DNA from: Epithemia pelagica
Lineage: Eukaryota > Protista > Bacillariophyta
Assembly: GCA_946965045.2 (NCBI GenBank)
Contig: OX337230.1
Location: forward strand, 1 to 64,000
Direction: 5' to 3'
Length of the DNA: 64,000 bases
Shown one piece after another: positions 1 to 10,379 of this stretch (position 1 is its first letter; each line of letters starts with the position of its first letter). The notes under the pieces are model-generated. The model was not told the DNA's origin. It saw only the letters and a program-made list of their open reading frames with translations, and searched no databases. The position numbers and the translations under genes were made by a program.

Positions 1-552
1 CCCTAACCCTAACCCTAACCCTAACCCTAACCCTAACCCTAACCCTAACCCTAACCCTAACCCTAACCCTAACCCTAACCCTAACCCTAACCCTAACCCT
101 AACCCTAACCCTAACCCTAACCCTAACCCTAACCCTAACCCTAACCCTAACCCTAACCCTAACCCTAACCCTAACCCTAACCCTAACCCTAACCCTAACC
201 CTAACCCTAACCCTAACCCTAACCCTAACCCTAACCCTAACCCTAACCCTAACCCTAACCCTAACCCTAACCCTAACCCTAACCCTAACCCTAACCCTAA
301 CCCTAACCCTAACCCTAACCCTAACCCTAACCCTAACCCTAACCCTAACCCTAACCCTAACCCTAACCCTAACCCTAACCCTAACCCTAACCCTAACCCT
401 AACCCTAACCCTAACCCTAACCCTAACCCTAACCCTAACCCTAACCCTAACCCTAACCCTAACCCTAACCCTAACCCTAACCCTAACCCTAACCCTAACC
501 CTAACCCTAACCCTAACCCTAACCCTAACCCTAACCCTAACCCTAACCCTAA
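1..552 (+). repeat. Telomere, (CCCTAA)92
   Basis: Perfect CCCTAA hexamers from base 1 to 552; unique sequence starts tgttgttctg at 553. Confidence 0.99.
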
Positions 553-1359
553 TGTTGTTCTGAACACGTGTATGTGGCACTAGGCCCAAAGAGTTTGTGC
601 AATGTCCTCAATATCTCCCCATCCGTCAAGTCTCGTTTCATGGTCACTGATTCTTTCCCAACAGACTTTTCACCCAGTGCTTTATGATATGTCTCGAACA
701 AGTCTTCTTTTGCAGCTACATTGCTTGACCCATAATGGTCACGATGTGTTATGAGGCTGTGACCTGACTGTTCAGCCACAGTCTTGGTTGTGTACTGATT
801 CTGGATCGACATTTCATCAAACTCCGGGAAAAGAATATTAGAGATTGATGTCCACAAGTGCCTTACTTGTGTGCAATCCGGTCGGTTTTCGAAGCCAAAG
901 ATTGTTGCCACAGCATCGGTCATCTCGTGTACCCTGTTATTTCTCACTGGTACAAGTCTCCACAAGTCATGCTTCAGCTGTGACTGAAGGTGTTGACATA
1001 CAACTCTGAAGACCAAAAATATGCGTCCAAGTGACTTGGGTAGCTTGTGTTCAACAAGCTTTCCAGGTTTGTTGTTGAGTGCAGTGTATACTTTCTCGGT
1101 GTGACTGTAATAGTAGCATTGTTGGCCATGCCAACGAATGCTACTAAACAGACACCTTTCAATTTCTGCATATCGCATGGAGCCCAACCCTGTTCCGTGG
1201 AATGCAAGTTCCAAGAATGATACCAGAATATCAACAGATGTTGCATTGAAGGCATGGTGCACTTGAATCACTTCAGATGTTATGATAGAAGATTCTTTCT
1301 CGACCTGAAGAGACACCAATCCAGAAGATGGAGCCAAATTGACGTACAAGTGCAAATTT
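553..1359 (-). mobile_element. Family A YR-helicase element, copy A1 (internal fragment, telomere-capped)
   Basis: Near-identical to 2299-3104 (A2). Encodes the recombinase-like core (SMRYAEI, QVRHLW, SGHSLITHRDHY) and stops at a TAG formed by the first telomeric repeat (ORF 549..1448). Confidence 0.85.
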
Positions 1360-4243
1360 CCACAATGACAGAGTGACATCTCCCATTCTCGTTGCCAACC
1401 AGGGCCACAGTAGTCGATACCAAGATAGGAAACCGAGCTGCTGCCCACTCCTTTGCAATTCGATGTTGCTCAGCCGTAGGTGATTCGGAGGTCACAAACT
1501 CCACGGTACCAAAATTCAATTTCTGAATGGCCTCTGTTACTTCTTGTCCAATCCGCTTTGTTGAGACAATAATATGCATTGCATACCTCATGGGAGTATA
1601 TTTATTCATGGTCGAAGTCACAAAAAGAAGCAAGCTCTGTAAAATTTTGGGACGAATGACAATAGAGAACCTGAAACTCTTTGGGAAAGTTCCCAAAACA
1701 TTGTCTGCATATCCGATTGTCATATCTTTGAGATCTTGTCTTTGAGTCATTGACATGTATCTCATAAGACTTGGCAATAAAAACCGTGGGAGGGACCCAC
1801 TCAAGGTCATGACGGGCACTCCGTAGCGAACAAGACGTGGAAGGCAATCAAATTTGGACCGAAAGGAAAGCTCCGAGTAAATTGTGTGAACCTCATCAAT
1901 TATGATTTTGGCCAAAGCTGACTTCTCCACCCACTCTTCTATAGTAGAGGAATGATATTTCTCCAATATCCATATGGCCTCGAGACTGAAGAAAACAATG
2001 TCTGGCAACATTTTGAAGTCATGGAGACCATCAGGCAGTCGGTCTGCCGTAACTTGATTGCCTGAAACTGTCATGGAAGACACTTCCACACCTGATGGCA
2101 AGTTGCGTGATACTTGTTCTTCATGGTAACCAGATAAAAATTTGTAGGGCACGACTACCATATAGGTCTTGGGAGCCAAGTGATGTAGCTTGGCTCCTAC
2201 CACCGGGACTAACCATGATAGTGACTTGCCACCTCCACATGGTAAACCAAAGTGTCCATGACATGTGCTTTCTCTCGATGCAAAAGCCAACATGGCGTGT
2301 TGTTCTGAACACGTGTATGTGGCACTAGGCCCAAAGAGTTTGTGCAATGTCCTCAATATCTCCCCATCCGTCAAGTCTCGTTTCATGGTCACTGATTCTT
2401 TCCCAACAGACTTTTCACCCAGTGCTTTGTGATATGTCTCGAACAAGTCTTCTTTTGCAGCTACATTGCTTGACCCATAATGGTCACGATGTGTTATGAG
2501 GCTGTGACCTGACTGTTCAGCCACAGTCTTGGTTGTGTACTGATTCTGGATCGACATTTCATCAAACTCCGGGAAAAGAATATTAGAGATTGATGTCCAC
2601 AAGTGCCTTACTTGTGTGCAATCCGGTCGGTTTTCGAAGCCAAAGATTGTTGCCACAGCATCGGTCATCTCGTGTACCCTGTTATTTCTCACTGGTACAA
2701 GTCTCCACAAGTCATGCTTCAGCTGTGACTGAAGGTGTTGACATACAACTCTGAAGACCAAAAATATGCGTCCAAGTGACTTGGGTAGCTTGTGTTCAAC
2801 AAGCTTTCCAGGTTTGTTGTTGAGTGCAGTGTATACTTTCTCGGTGTGACTGTAATAGTAGCATTGTTGGCCATGCCAACGAATGCTACTAAACAGACAC
2901 CTTTCAATTTCTGCATATCGCATGGAGCCCAACCCTGTTCCGTGGAATGCAAGTTCCAAGAATGATACCAGAATATCAACAGATGTTGCATTGAAGGCAT
3001 GGTGCACTTGAATCACTTCAGATGTTATGATAGAAGATTCTTTCTCGACCTGAAGAGACACCAATCCAGAAGATGGAGCCAAATTGACGTACAAGTGCAA
3101 ATTTAGGTTGAGGAAATCAGTCCATTGGTCACCAACCAGAAGAGTTCTGAAAGATGAAATACACTTTTCTTCAATACATGGTACAACATTCGTCCAAATA
3201 TCAAATTTAAAAAGGAAGTTGTCAACCAATATATCTTTTGTGGTTCGAATGGACACTTTCCGGGAAGATGGCATAAGTGCTTCTTTTTCGCGCATGCGTC
3301 GAATGGAACTTGCCAAGAAATTGATTGTTATGGATTCCTGTGCCCGTTTTACTAGAGTCAAGGCCTGTTGAGAATAATCTTTGTCCATTTTGTAGATCAA
3401 GGAACATATACTCGCCCTTAGAATGGTGAGCAGAGCGGAATACATTGTTGCGATACGTGATGGGCCCAGTACGGACAATGACCCTGCGGTGTCCTTATGC
3501 TGCAAAGTCCGGCCAACCGCATAAGTCATGAGCATAGTATGGTGCCTGACAGAGTCAGGTGTCTCGAGACACAGATCAACAAGTAATGACTGTAAGTCAC
3601 ATTCTCTCTTCATAATGGATGGCTGCTGCTTGTGGATGAAGCACAACAATTTCTTGAGCTCTGGAACAAGTCGGTTTGGAAACTTGGTGAATGTGTTGGT
3701 CGTATTTGCTCCAGCATGTGACCCACTTTCCCTTGTACCATCAAATACCAAAAGCTTCGACCGAAAATTTGCTGGGACCATTTTCACATGAATTGGAGCG
3801 CCATGCAACAACCACTTCTCTCCAAAATCATAGAAAAACTTGAGTATGGGTTCGTTGACTTCATCTTTGCCGCTAGTGGTTGTCAGAGAAAGCAAATTTT
3901 CCATCCGTTCTTGAAAGGTTGCTCCATCTGGCTTGGAAGAGTAGTGTTCCTCCTGAGCCAATGGATGAAACAAAGGAACAAAACAATCAACCATCTCCTC
4001 AGATACCATATGGAAAGTTTGGGTGACCGCTCTCTTTGTTTTCAAGATTGGATCCTCTTGGGAATATTTCATACTGACAGCAGTCATAGATACCAGCAAC
4101 CCTAACCCTAACCCTGCAAATCCATCGATTGTCATCACTATGACTTCGGGCAAGTCATCCCGTGCAAACCAGTTGGGCCAATTCTCATGACATAGATCGT
4201 TCTTTGCCAACATCTCGACGCATAAACCATCATGCAAACCCAA
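1280..4243 (-). CDS. Tyrosine-recombinase-like domain + SF2 (RecQ-like) helicase, family A; chimeric at both ends, lacks helicase motif VI
   Basis: YR-like FHGTGLGSMRYAEI, TEKVY, QVRHLW, GH-x8-Y (GHSLITHRDHY). Helicase motifs I GLPCGGGKS, Ia VVVPYKFL, II IIDEVH, III TLSGSLP, V ILVSTTVALVG. The first ~49 aa come from B1 plus a telomere linker and the last ~27 aa from A1. Confidence 0.8.
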   Translation of the reverse strand: MGLHDGLCVEMLAKNDLCHENWPNWFARDDLPEVIVMTIDGFAGLGLGLLVSMTAVSMKYSQEDPILKTKRAVTQTFHMVSEEMVDCFVPLFHPLAQEEHYSSKPDGATFQERMENLLSLTTTSGKDEVNEPILKFFYDFGEKWLLHGAPIHVKMVPANFRSKLLVFDGTRESGSHAGANTTNTFTKFPNRLVPELKKLLCFIHKQQPSIMKRECDLQSLLVDLCLETPDSVRHHTMLMTYAVGRTLQHKDTAGSLSVLGPSRIATMYSALLTILRASICSLIYKMDKDYSQQALTLVKRAQESITINFLASSIRRMREKEALMPSSRKVSIRTTKDILVDNFLFKFDIWTNVVPCIEEKCISSFRTLLVGDQWTDFLNLNLHLYVNLAPSSGLVSLQVEKESSIITSEVIQVHHAFNATSVDILVSFLELAFHGTGLGSMRYAEIERCLFSSIRWHGQQCYYYSHTEKVYTALNNKPGKLVEHKLPKSLGRIFLVFRVVCQHLQSQLKHDLWRLVPVRNNRVHEMTDAVATIFGFENRPDCTQVRHLWTSISNILFPEFDEMSIQNQYTTKTVAEQSGHSLITHRDHYGSSNVAAKEDLFETYHKALGEKSVGKESVTMKRDLTDGEILRTLHKLFGPSATYTCSEQHAMLAFASRESTCHGHFGLPCGGGKSLSWLVPVVGAKLHHLAPKTYMVVVPYKFLSGYHEEQVSRNLPSGVEVSSMTVSGNQVTADRLPDGLHDFKMLPDIVFFSLEAIWILEKYHSSTIEEWVEKSALAKIIIDEVHTIYSELSFRSKFDCLPRLVRYGVPVMTLSGSLPRFLLPSLMRYMSMTQRQDLKDMTIGYADNVLGTFPKSFRFSIVIRPKILQSLLLFVTSTMNKYTPMRYAMHIIVSTKRIGQEVTEAIQKLNFGTVEFVTSESPTAEQHRIAKEWAAARFPILVSTTVALVGNENGRCHSVIVEICTCTSIWLHLLDWCLFRSRKNLLS
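1360..4097 (-). mobile_element. Family A YR-helicase element, copy A2 (truncated at both ends)
   Basis: Shares sequence with A1 and A3. Proximal end abuts (AACCCT)3. Distal end breaks after helicase motif V and joins A1. Confidence 0.85.
4098..4115 (+). repeat. Interstitial telomeric remnant (AACCCT)3
   Basis: aaccctaaccctaaccct lies between A2 and B1 and is absent from the uninterrupted A (near 13170) and B (near 7383) copies. Confidence 0.92.
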
Positions 4244-6780
4244 AGTTTGTGATGCCTTTCCAAGAGGGCTTTGACTTTGACCATTTGATAGCTAGCCAAG
4301 AAGTTGTAGGGCACAAGAAACATGTTGGTCGAAGTCTTCAGTCCTCGAATGGATTCCACCACACAACGCACCAAGATGTTCATGGTTTTGCCCGATCCAC
4401 AAGGTTGAAGCATAAGTTTATGTCTTCCCGGTGAATTGGTGCACATATCAATTGCTGTTTCTTGATTGCCTCGGAATGTTGCCTCTTCATTACCCAACAA
4501 CAATCGTAATGCTTCTAACCGATGCTGACGTCTTGTTATTGTCAGCTGATGGCATACCGAGTCCACGATCATACATTTGGTACCGATGTAACGATGAAAT
4601 CGGGCATAGTAGATCTCATGACTGTTGCTCACGCGTGTCTGGTAGTTGGACATTGCAGTCTGTTGGGAGTGCTTACTCAACTCACTCAATGCCGTTGAAG
4701 AGACCAATGCCTGACTGTTGCTGTCTGGAAAGAGCAAGTTCACAAGAGAAGTCCAGAACTGTCGAACAACCACCGAACCAGGACGACTATCCAAGCTGAA
4801 AATCTCTTGGGCAACATCCTCAAAGAAAAACCTCCGGTCATTACCATATTGTGGAAAAAATCTCCTTGCATTGGGCCCATTCCAAACTTTCAGCACCACA
4901 ACTCTGTAGAGAAATAGACACCTTGCTATGATCCGAGGCATCTTGTGTTCAACGGGGGGTCGATCATGAGCTTGCAGTTTGGGTTGTTTACGACTCGGTG
5001 CAGAAACATATAAATCTTGGTAGTTTGTATTTTTCCACCGAAGCTGAGTCACATCGAGACAATGGACCTCTGAGAACCGATCTGCACCATAGCCAAAACC
5101 ATGGATGGCAAATTCCATCAAGGCAGTTAGTCGTTCGAACTGACTTTTCACCAGTTCCTTGCATTCCAAATCTTGTGTGTTGGTACCATCTGGCAGCGAT
5201 CCCAAACCCTTGGACCACTCCACAATAGTCAAGTCACCATCTAAGCAGAGGAATTTCTCGTATGCCTTTCCGACAAAGCATGCATCAAAAATACCATGGG
5301 CCTTTTCCACAACCGTAGGAACAACCTTAGACCAATGCGCTTTTTGGAACGCATGTCCATCAACAATAATATTGAAGAACTCATCGACCACAACCTCCCT
5401 TTTAGGAGGCTTCTCTTGATATTGTTTCCTCAAAGAATAAATCTTAGGACAGAGAAAGTGTATTGTAGGACAATGTCTGTACCGTTCCATGACCTGCTCG
5501 ACCAACTTGCCCTGCCCATCGTAGTATTTTAAGCCAGCCGCAACCCCACAGCGAAGCAGATGTAAAAGGTCAGCTAGAAAGAGATGAAAGAAGACATGAG
5601 ATTTGAACAACCAAGTATATTCATTGACAGGGGGAAAGGGGGACTCACCAAGTTCTTGAGCGGCAACTCCACATGATTTCAACCTCAAGCCATTCTTCGT
5701 CTTAGTGAACAACCTCTGCCGAGAGAACAGTAACACTACCCCTGAGTCGGACCAACAATAAATCTCACTGTCGAGTACCAACTCTGTCAGGAGTGACCCA
5801 AGAACACAATTTTGGAATGCAGTGTCCACAGAGAATCCATCACCTTCAACCTGGCGGCAAAAATAGTCCCATCTCTTCCACTGCCTCTGATGCAGGAAAC
5901 ACAAGAGAGAGAGGAGTAGAGGTTTCACTCGTTTGTCATAATCATGTCGATGGCTGAAATTCCATGAGTGATCCACATCACCATCATGGAAAGCAAACTT
6001 AGCAATCCGACTCCGAATGTCTGCTGGAATCCCCATTACGATCGAAGCCATCCTGTCCAGAAGGTAACAACCAACCTGATAGAGTCGGTTGATTGCAGTG
6101 TTATTTCCTCTCTTATGATACTCGGCTTCAAACATAATTCCTTGTGCAATGTCTCCAAGGGCATTCTCCAACGTGCCAGGAATCATATTACTCAGTACAT
6201 CGGGCCACCTTCCCAAAGTGTCGCTTGGATGCAATAATGGTTCAATCGAACTTGCAAACTCGTTGGGTAACCTGCTGCAGGGCAGCGGCATGCTAAATGT
6301 TGAATTCTCAACTTGAATTATTGTGGTCCAGTTGGTTTCTTGCTGCATGGTTTCTCTTGGGGGCCTTGGCATGAAGCATCCACACTTCAGCTTGAGGAAA
6401 GTCTTGGCAATGACTTTGGCACTAGCGCAACAACCAGCGACGTGCTTCTTGCACAAAAGCTTCACATGAAACATCTTGTCACAGTCACTACAGAAATACT
6501 TGATTCTTGTATCATTTGACTCATGAATGAAACAATCAAACGGTTGGTTGTTGGCATTCTCCACAAGAGTGTGTATTTTGTTACCAAGATGTCTCCCAGG
6601 AAAGCGAAAGGACACCCCATGAATTTTGGAGCAGGTCTTGGCGTGGCGGGCAAGACATTTCATGTTTGCTCGGAAACCACCACCACAGAGCTTACAGACC
6701 AAGCCACAGGGTGTGGCAAAGTCCACAAGCCCCAAGTAATCGTCAAACTCCATGGTGGCTGTTGTCGTTCCTATGGTCAA
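4138..6780 (-). CDS. Zn-finger + tyrosine-recombinase-like + helicase N-part, family B; predicted 75-nt intron 5574-5648
   Basis: C2H2-like CKLC..RHAKTC and CSDC..KHVAGC; IHGFGYGADRFSEV, VEHKMP, VRQFW, KH-x8-Y (KHSQQTAMSNY); Walker A QPCGSGKT; GTGAGT...TTTCTAG intron. Confidence 0.8.
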   Translation of the reverse strand: MTIGTTTATMEFDDYLGLVDFATPCGLVCKLCGGGFRANMKCLARHAKTCSKIHGVSFRFPGRHLGNKIHTLVENANNQPFDCFIHESNDTRIKYFCSDCDKMFHVKLLCKKHVAGCCASAKVIAKTFLKLKCGCFMPRPPRETMQQETNWTTIIQVENSTFSMPLPCSRLPNEFASSIEPLLHPSDTLGRWPDVLSNMIPGTLENALGDIAQGIMFEAEYHKRGNNTAINRLYQVGCYLLDRMASIVMGIPADIRSRIAKFAFHDGDVDHSWNFSHRHDYDKRVKPLLLSLLCFLHQRQWKRWDYFCRQVEGDGFSVDTAFQNCVLGSLLTELVLDSEIYCWSDSGVVLLFSRQRLFTKTKNGLRLKSCGVAAQELGESPFPPVNEYTWLFKSHVFFHLFLADLLHLLRCGVAAGLKYYDGQGKLVEQVMERYRHCPTIHFLCPKIYSLRKQYQEKPPKREVVVDEFFNIIVDGHAFQKAHWSKVVPTVVEKAHGIFDACFVGKAYEKFLCLDGDLTIVEWSKGLGSLPDGTNTQDLECKELVKSQFERLTALMEFAIHGFGYGADRFSEVHCLDVTQLRWKNTNYQDLYVSAPSRKQPKLQAHDRPPVEHKMPRIIARCLFLYRVVVLKVWNGPNARRFFPQYGNDRRFFFEDVAQEIFSLDSRPGSVVVRQFWTSLVNLLFPDSNSQALVSSTALSELSKHSQQTAMSNYQTRVSNSHEIYYARFHRYIGTKCMIVDSVCHQLTITRRQHRLEALRLLLGNEEATFRGNQETAIDMCTNSPGRHKLMLQPCGSGKTMNILVRCVVESIRGLKTSTNMFLVPYNFLASYQMVKVKALLERHHKLWVCMMVYASRCWQRTIYVMRIGPTGLHGMTCPKS

Positions 6781-6944
6781 AATAGGTTTGGGACGTATGA
6801 CCCTTTGCAGCCAAAAAAGAGGCCCTAAAGAGGGTCATTCACCTGAAAAACTGAAAAGGCCCTAACACCAGAGATCATTCACCTCAAAATCTTTGAGCGA
6901 CAAGAAGGAATATGGTTTACTATGGAGAGTTAATGTAGGTTTGC

Positions 6945-7094
6945 AAATCGACCTTCTTGTGGTCGAAATCGACCTTTTTGTGGTCGCACTAAAATTTCGC
7001 ACGCAACAATACAGTGATTCAAAATTGACCTTTTTGTGGTCGCGCATGTGAATCTACAGAATGAACTTAGTGCGCACGACAAAAAGGTCGATTT
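6945..7094 (+). repeat. Subterminal repeats of family B: three direct ~21-bp copies plus one inverted copy
   Basis: aaatcgacctt(c/t)ttgtggtcg at 6945, 6966 and 7022 (the third begins aaatt); inverted cgacaaaaaggtcgattt at 7077-7094. The same layout occurs at the other three B termini. Confidence 0.9.
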
Positions 7095-7107
7095 CTAGCA
7101 AAACCCT

Positions 7108-10100
7108 TAGGGTTCTCTCCCGAGAGATAATCCGACAGTCCGTGATATGCAGAACCACTCAAATCGAGGAAGTCCATCAATTTCTGACCAAAACTCATCG
7201 AAATACTTCCAGACATCAGTGTTACGGCGACTCCAAGTGCAGATATTTCCCGTAGACAAGAATAGCATGGACGGAAGTCGACCTCTGTAACGATGGTTTG
7301 TGCCTCATCGACAAAAATCCCATTCAACTTTCCATTGGAGCACCATCCAGAAAGTTTTGTTAGATGGTCTTTGAAGAAGGTCGCAAATCCATCGATTGTC
7401 ATCACTATGACTTCGGGCAAGTCATCCCGTGCAAACCAGTTGGGCCAATTCTCATGACATAGATCGTTCTTTGCCAACATCTCGACGCATAAACCATCAT
7501 GCAAACCCAAAGTTTGTGATGCCTTTCCAAGAGGGCTTTGACTTTGACCATTTGATAGCTAGCCAAGAAGTTGTAGGGCACAAGAAACATGTTGGTCGAA
7601 GTCTTCAGTCCTCGAATGGATTCCACCACACAACGCACCAAGATGTTCATGGTTTTGCCCGATCCACAAGGTTGAAGCATAAGTTTATGTCTTCCCGGTG
7701 AATTGGTGCACATATCAATTGCTGTTTCTTGATTGCCTCGGAATGTTGCCTCTTCATTACCCAACAACAATCGTAATGCTTCTAACCGATGCTGACGGCT
7801 TGTTATTGTCAGCTGATGGCATACCGAGTCCACGATCATACATTTGGTACCGATGTAATGATGAAATCGGGCATAGTAGATCTCATGACTGTTGCTCACG
7901 CGTGTCTGGTAGTTGGACATTGCAGTCTGTTGGGAGTGCTTACTCAACTCACTCAATGCCGTTGAAGAGACCAATGCCTGACTGTTGCTGTCTGGAAAGA
8001 GCAAGTTCACAAGAGAAGTCCAGAACTGTCGAACAACCACCGAACCAGGACGACTATCCAAGCTGAAAATCTCTTGGGCAACATCCTCAAAGAAAAATCT
8101 CCGGTCATTACCATATTGTGGAAAAAATCTCCTTGCATTGGGCCCATTCCAAACTTTCAGCACCACAACTCTGTAGAGAAATAGACACCTTGCTATGATC
8201 CGAGGCATCTTGTGTTCAACGGGGGGTCGATCATAAGCTTGCAGTTTGGGTTGTTTACGACTCGGTGCAGAAACATATAAATCTTGGTAGTTTGTATTTT
8301 TCCACCGAAGCTGAGTCACATCGAGACAATGGACCTCTGAGAACCGATCTGCACCACAGCCAAAACCATGGATGGCAAATTCCATCAAGGCAGTTAGTCG
8401 TTCGAACTGACTTTTCACCAGTTCCTTGCATTCCAAATCTTGTGTGTTGGTACCATCTGGCAGCGATCCCAAACCCTTGGACCACTCCACAATAGTCAAG
8501 TCACCATCTAAGCAGAGGAATTTCTCGTATGCCTTTCCGACAAAGCATGCATCAAAAATACCATGGGCCTTTTCCACAACCGTAGGAACGACCTTAGACC
8601 AATGCGCTTTTTGGAACGCATGTCCATCAACAATGATATTGAAGAACTCATCGACCACAACCTCCCTTTTAGGAGGCTTCTCTTGATATTGTTTCCTCAA
8701 AGAATAAATCTTAGGACAGAGAAAGTGTATTGTAGGACAATGTCTGTACCGTTCCATGACCTGCTCGACCAACTTGCCCTGCCCATCGTAGTATTTTAAG
8801 CCAGCCGCAACCCCACAGCGAAGCAGATGTAAAAGGTCAGCTAGAAAGAGATGAAAGAAGACATGAGATTTGAACAACCAAGTTTATTCATTGACAGGGG
8901 GAAAGGGGGACTCACCGAGTTCTTGAGCGGCAACTCCACATGATTTCAACCTCAAGCCATTCTTCGTCTTAGTGAACAACCTCTGCCGAGAGAACAGTAA
9001 CACTACCCCTGAGTCGGACCAACAATAAATCTCACTGTCGAGTACCAACTCTGTCAGGAGTGACCCAAGAACACAATTTTGGAATGCAGTGTCCACAGAG
9101 AATCCATCACCTTCAACCTGGCAGCAAAAATAGTCCCATCTCTTCCACTGCCTCTGATGCAGGAAACACAAGAGAGAGAGGAGTAGAGGTTTCACTCGTT
9201 TGTCATAATCATGTCGATGGCTGAAATTCCATGAGTGATCCACATCACCATCATGGAAAGCAAACTTAGCAATCCGACTCCGAATGTCTGCTGGAATCCC
9301 CATTACGATCGAAGCCATCCTGTCCAGAAGGTAACAACCAACCTGATAGAGTCGGTTGATTGCAGTGTTATTTCCTCTCTTATGATACTCGGCTTCAAAC
9401 ATAATTCCTTGTTCAATGTCTCCAAGGGCATTCTCCAACGTGCAAGGAATCATATTACTCAGTACATCGGGCCACCTTCCCAAAGTGTCGCTTGGATGCA
9501 ATAATGGTTCAATCGAACTTGCAAACTCGTTGGGTAACCTGCTGCAGGGCAGCGGCATGGTGAATATTGAATTCTCAACTTGAATTATTGGGGTCCAGTT
9601 GGTTTCTTGCTGCATGGTTTCTCTTTGGGGCCTTGGCATGAAGCATCCACACTTCAGCTTGAGGAAAGTCTTGGCAATGACTTTGGCACTAGCGCAACAA
9701 CCAGCAACGTGCTTCTCGCACAAAAGCTTCACATGAAACATCTTGTCACAGTCACTACAGAAATACTTGATTCTTGTATCATTTGACTCATGAATGAAAC
9801 AATCAAACGGTTGGTTGTTGGCATTCTCCACAAGAGTGTGTATTTTGTTACCAAGATGTCTCCCAGGAAAGCGAAAGGACACCCCATGAATTTTGGAGCA
9901 GGTCTTGGCGTGGCGGGCAAGACACTTCATGTTTGCTCGGAAACCACCACCACAGAGCTTACAGACCAAGCCACAGGGTGTGGCAAAGTCCACAAGCCCC
10001 AAGTAATTGTCAAACTCCATGGTGGCTGTTGTCGTTCCTATGGTCAAAATAGGTTTGGGACGTATGACCCTTTGCAGCCAAAAAAGAGGCCCTAAAGAGG

Positions 10101-10379
10101 GTCATTCACCTGAAAAACTGAAAAGGCCCTAACACCAGAGATCATTCACCTCAAAATCTTTGAGCGACAAGAAGGAATATGGTTTACTATGGAGAGTTAA
10201 TGTAGGTTTGCAAATCGACCTTCTTGTGGTCGAAATCGACCTTTTTGTGGTCGCACTAAAATTTCGCACGCAACAATACAGTGATTCAAAATTGACCTTT
10301 TTGTGGTCGCGCATGTGATTCTACAGAATGAACTTAGTGCGCACGACAAAAAGGTCGATTTCTAGCAAAACCCTTAGGG
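7108..10379 (-). mobile_element. Family B element, copy B2 (longest; reaches helicase motifs II-III)
   Basis: ORFs 8884..10047 and 7405..8877 are joined across intron 8841-8915. A second frame (ORF 7067..7510) carries IFVDEAQ and TLMSGSI. Terminus CCCTTAGGG at 10371-10379. Confidence 0.87.

Larger units (their letters stand above)
4116..7112 (-). mobile_element. Family B YR-helicase element, copy B1, with promoter-side terminus
   Basis: Near-identical to B2 and B3; ends at gatttctagcaaaaCCCTTAGGG (7104-7112). Confidence 0.87.

Noticed and set aside
7101-7114. Protelomerase/hairpin-telomere site at AACCCT-T-AGGGTT
   Set aside because: The palindrome is only 4-6 bp per arm and varies among junctions, no inverted duplications are seen, and the end carries ordinary telomerase repeats. 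Kept only as a remote alternative.
8878-8890. B2 as a nonsense pseudogene at 8884
   Set aside because: The TAA lies inside the predicted 75-nt intron.
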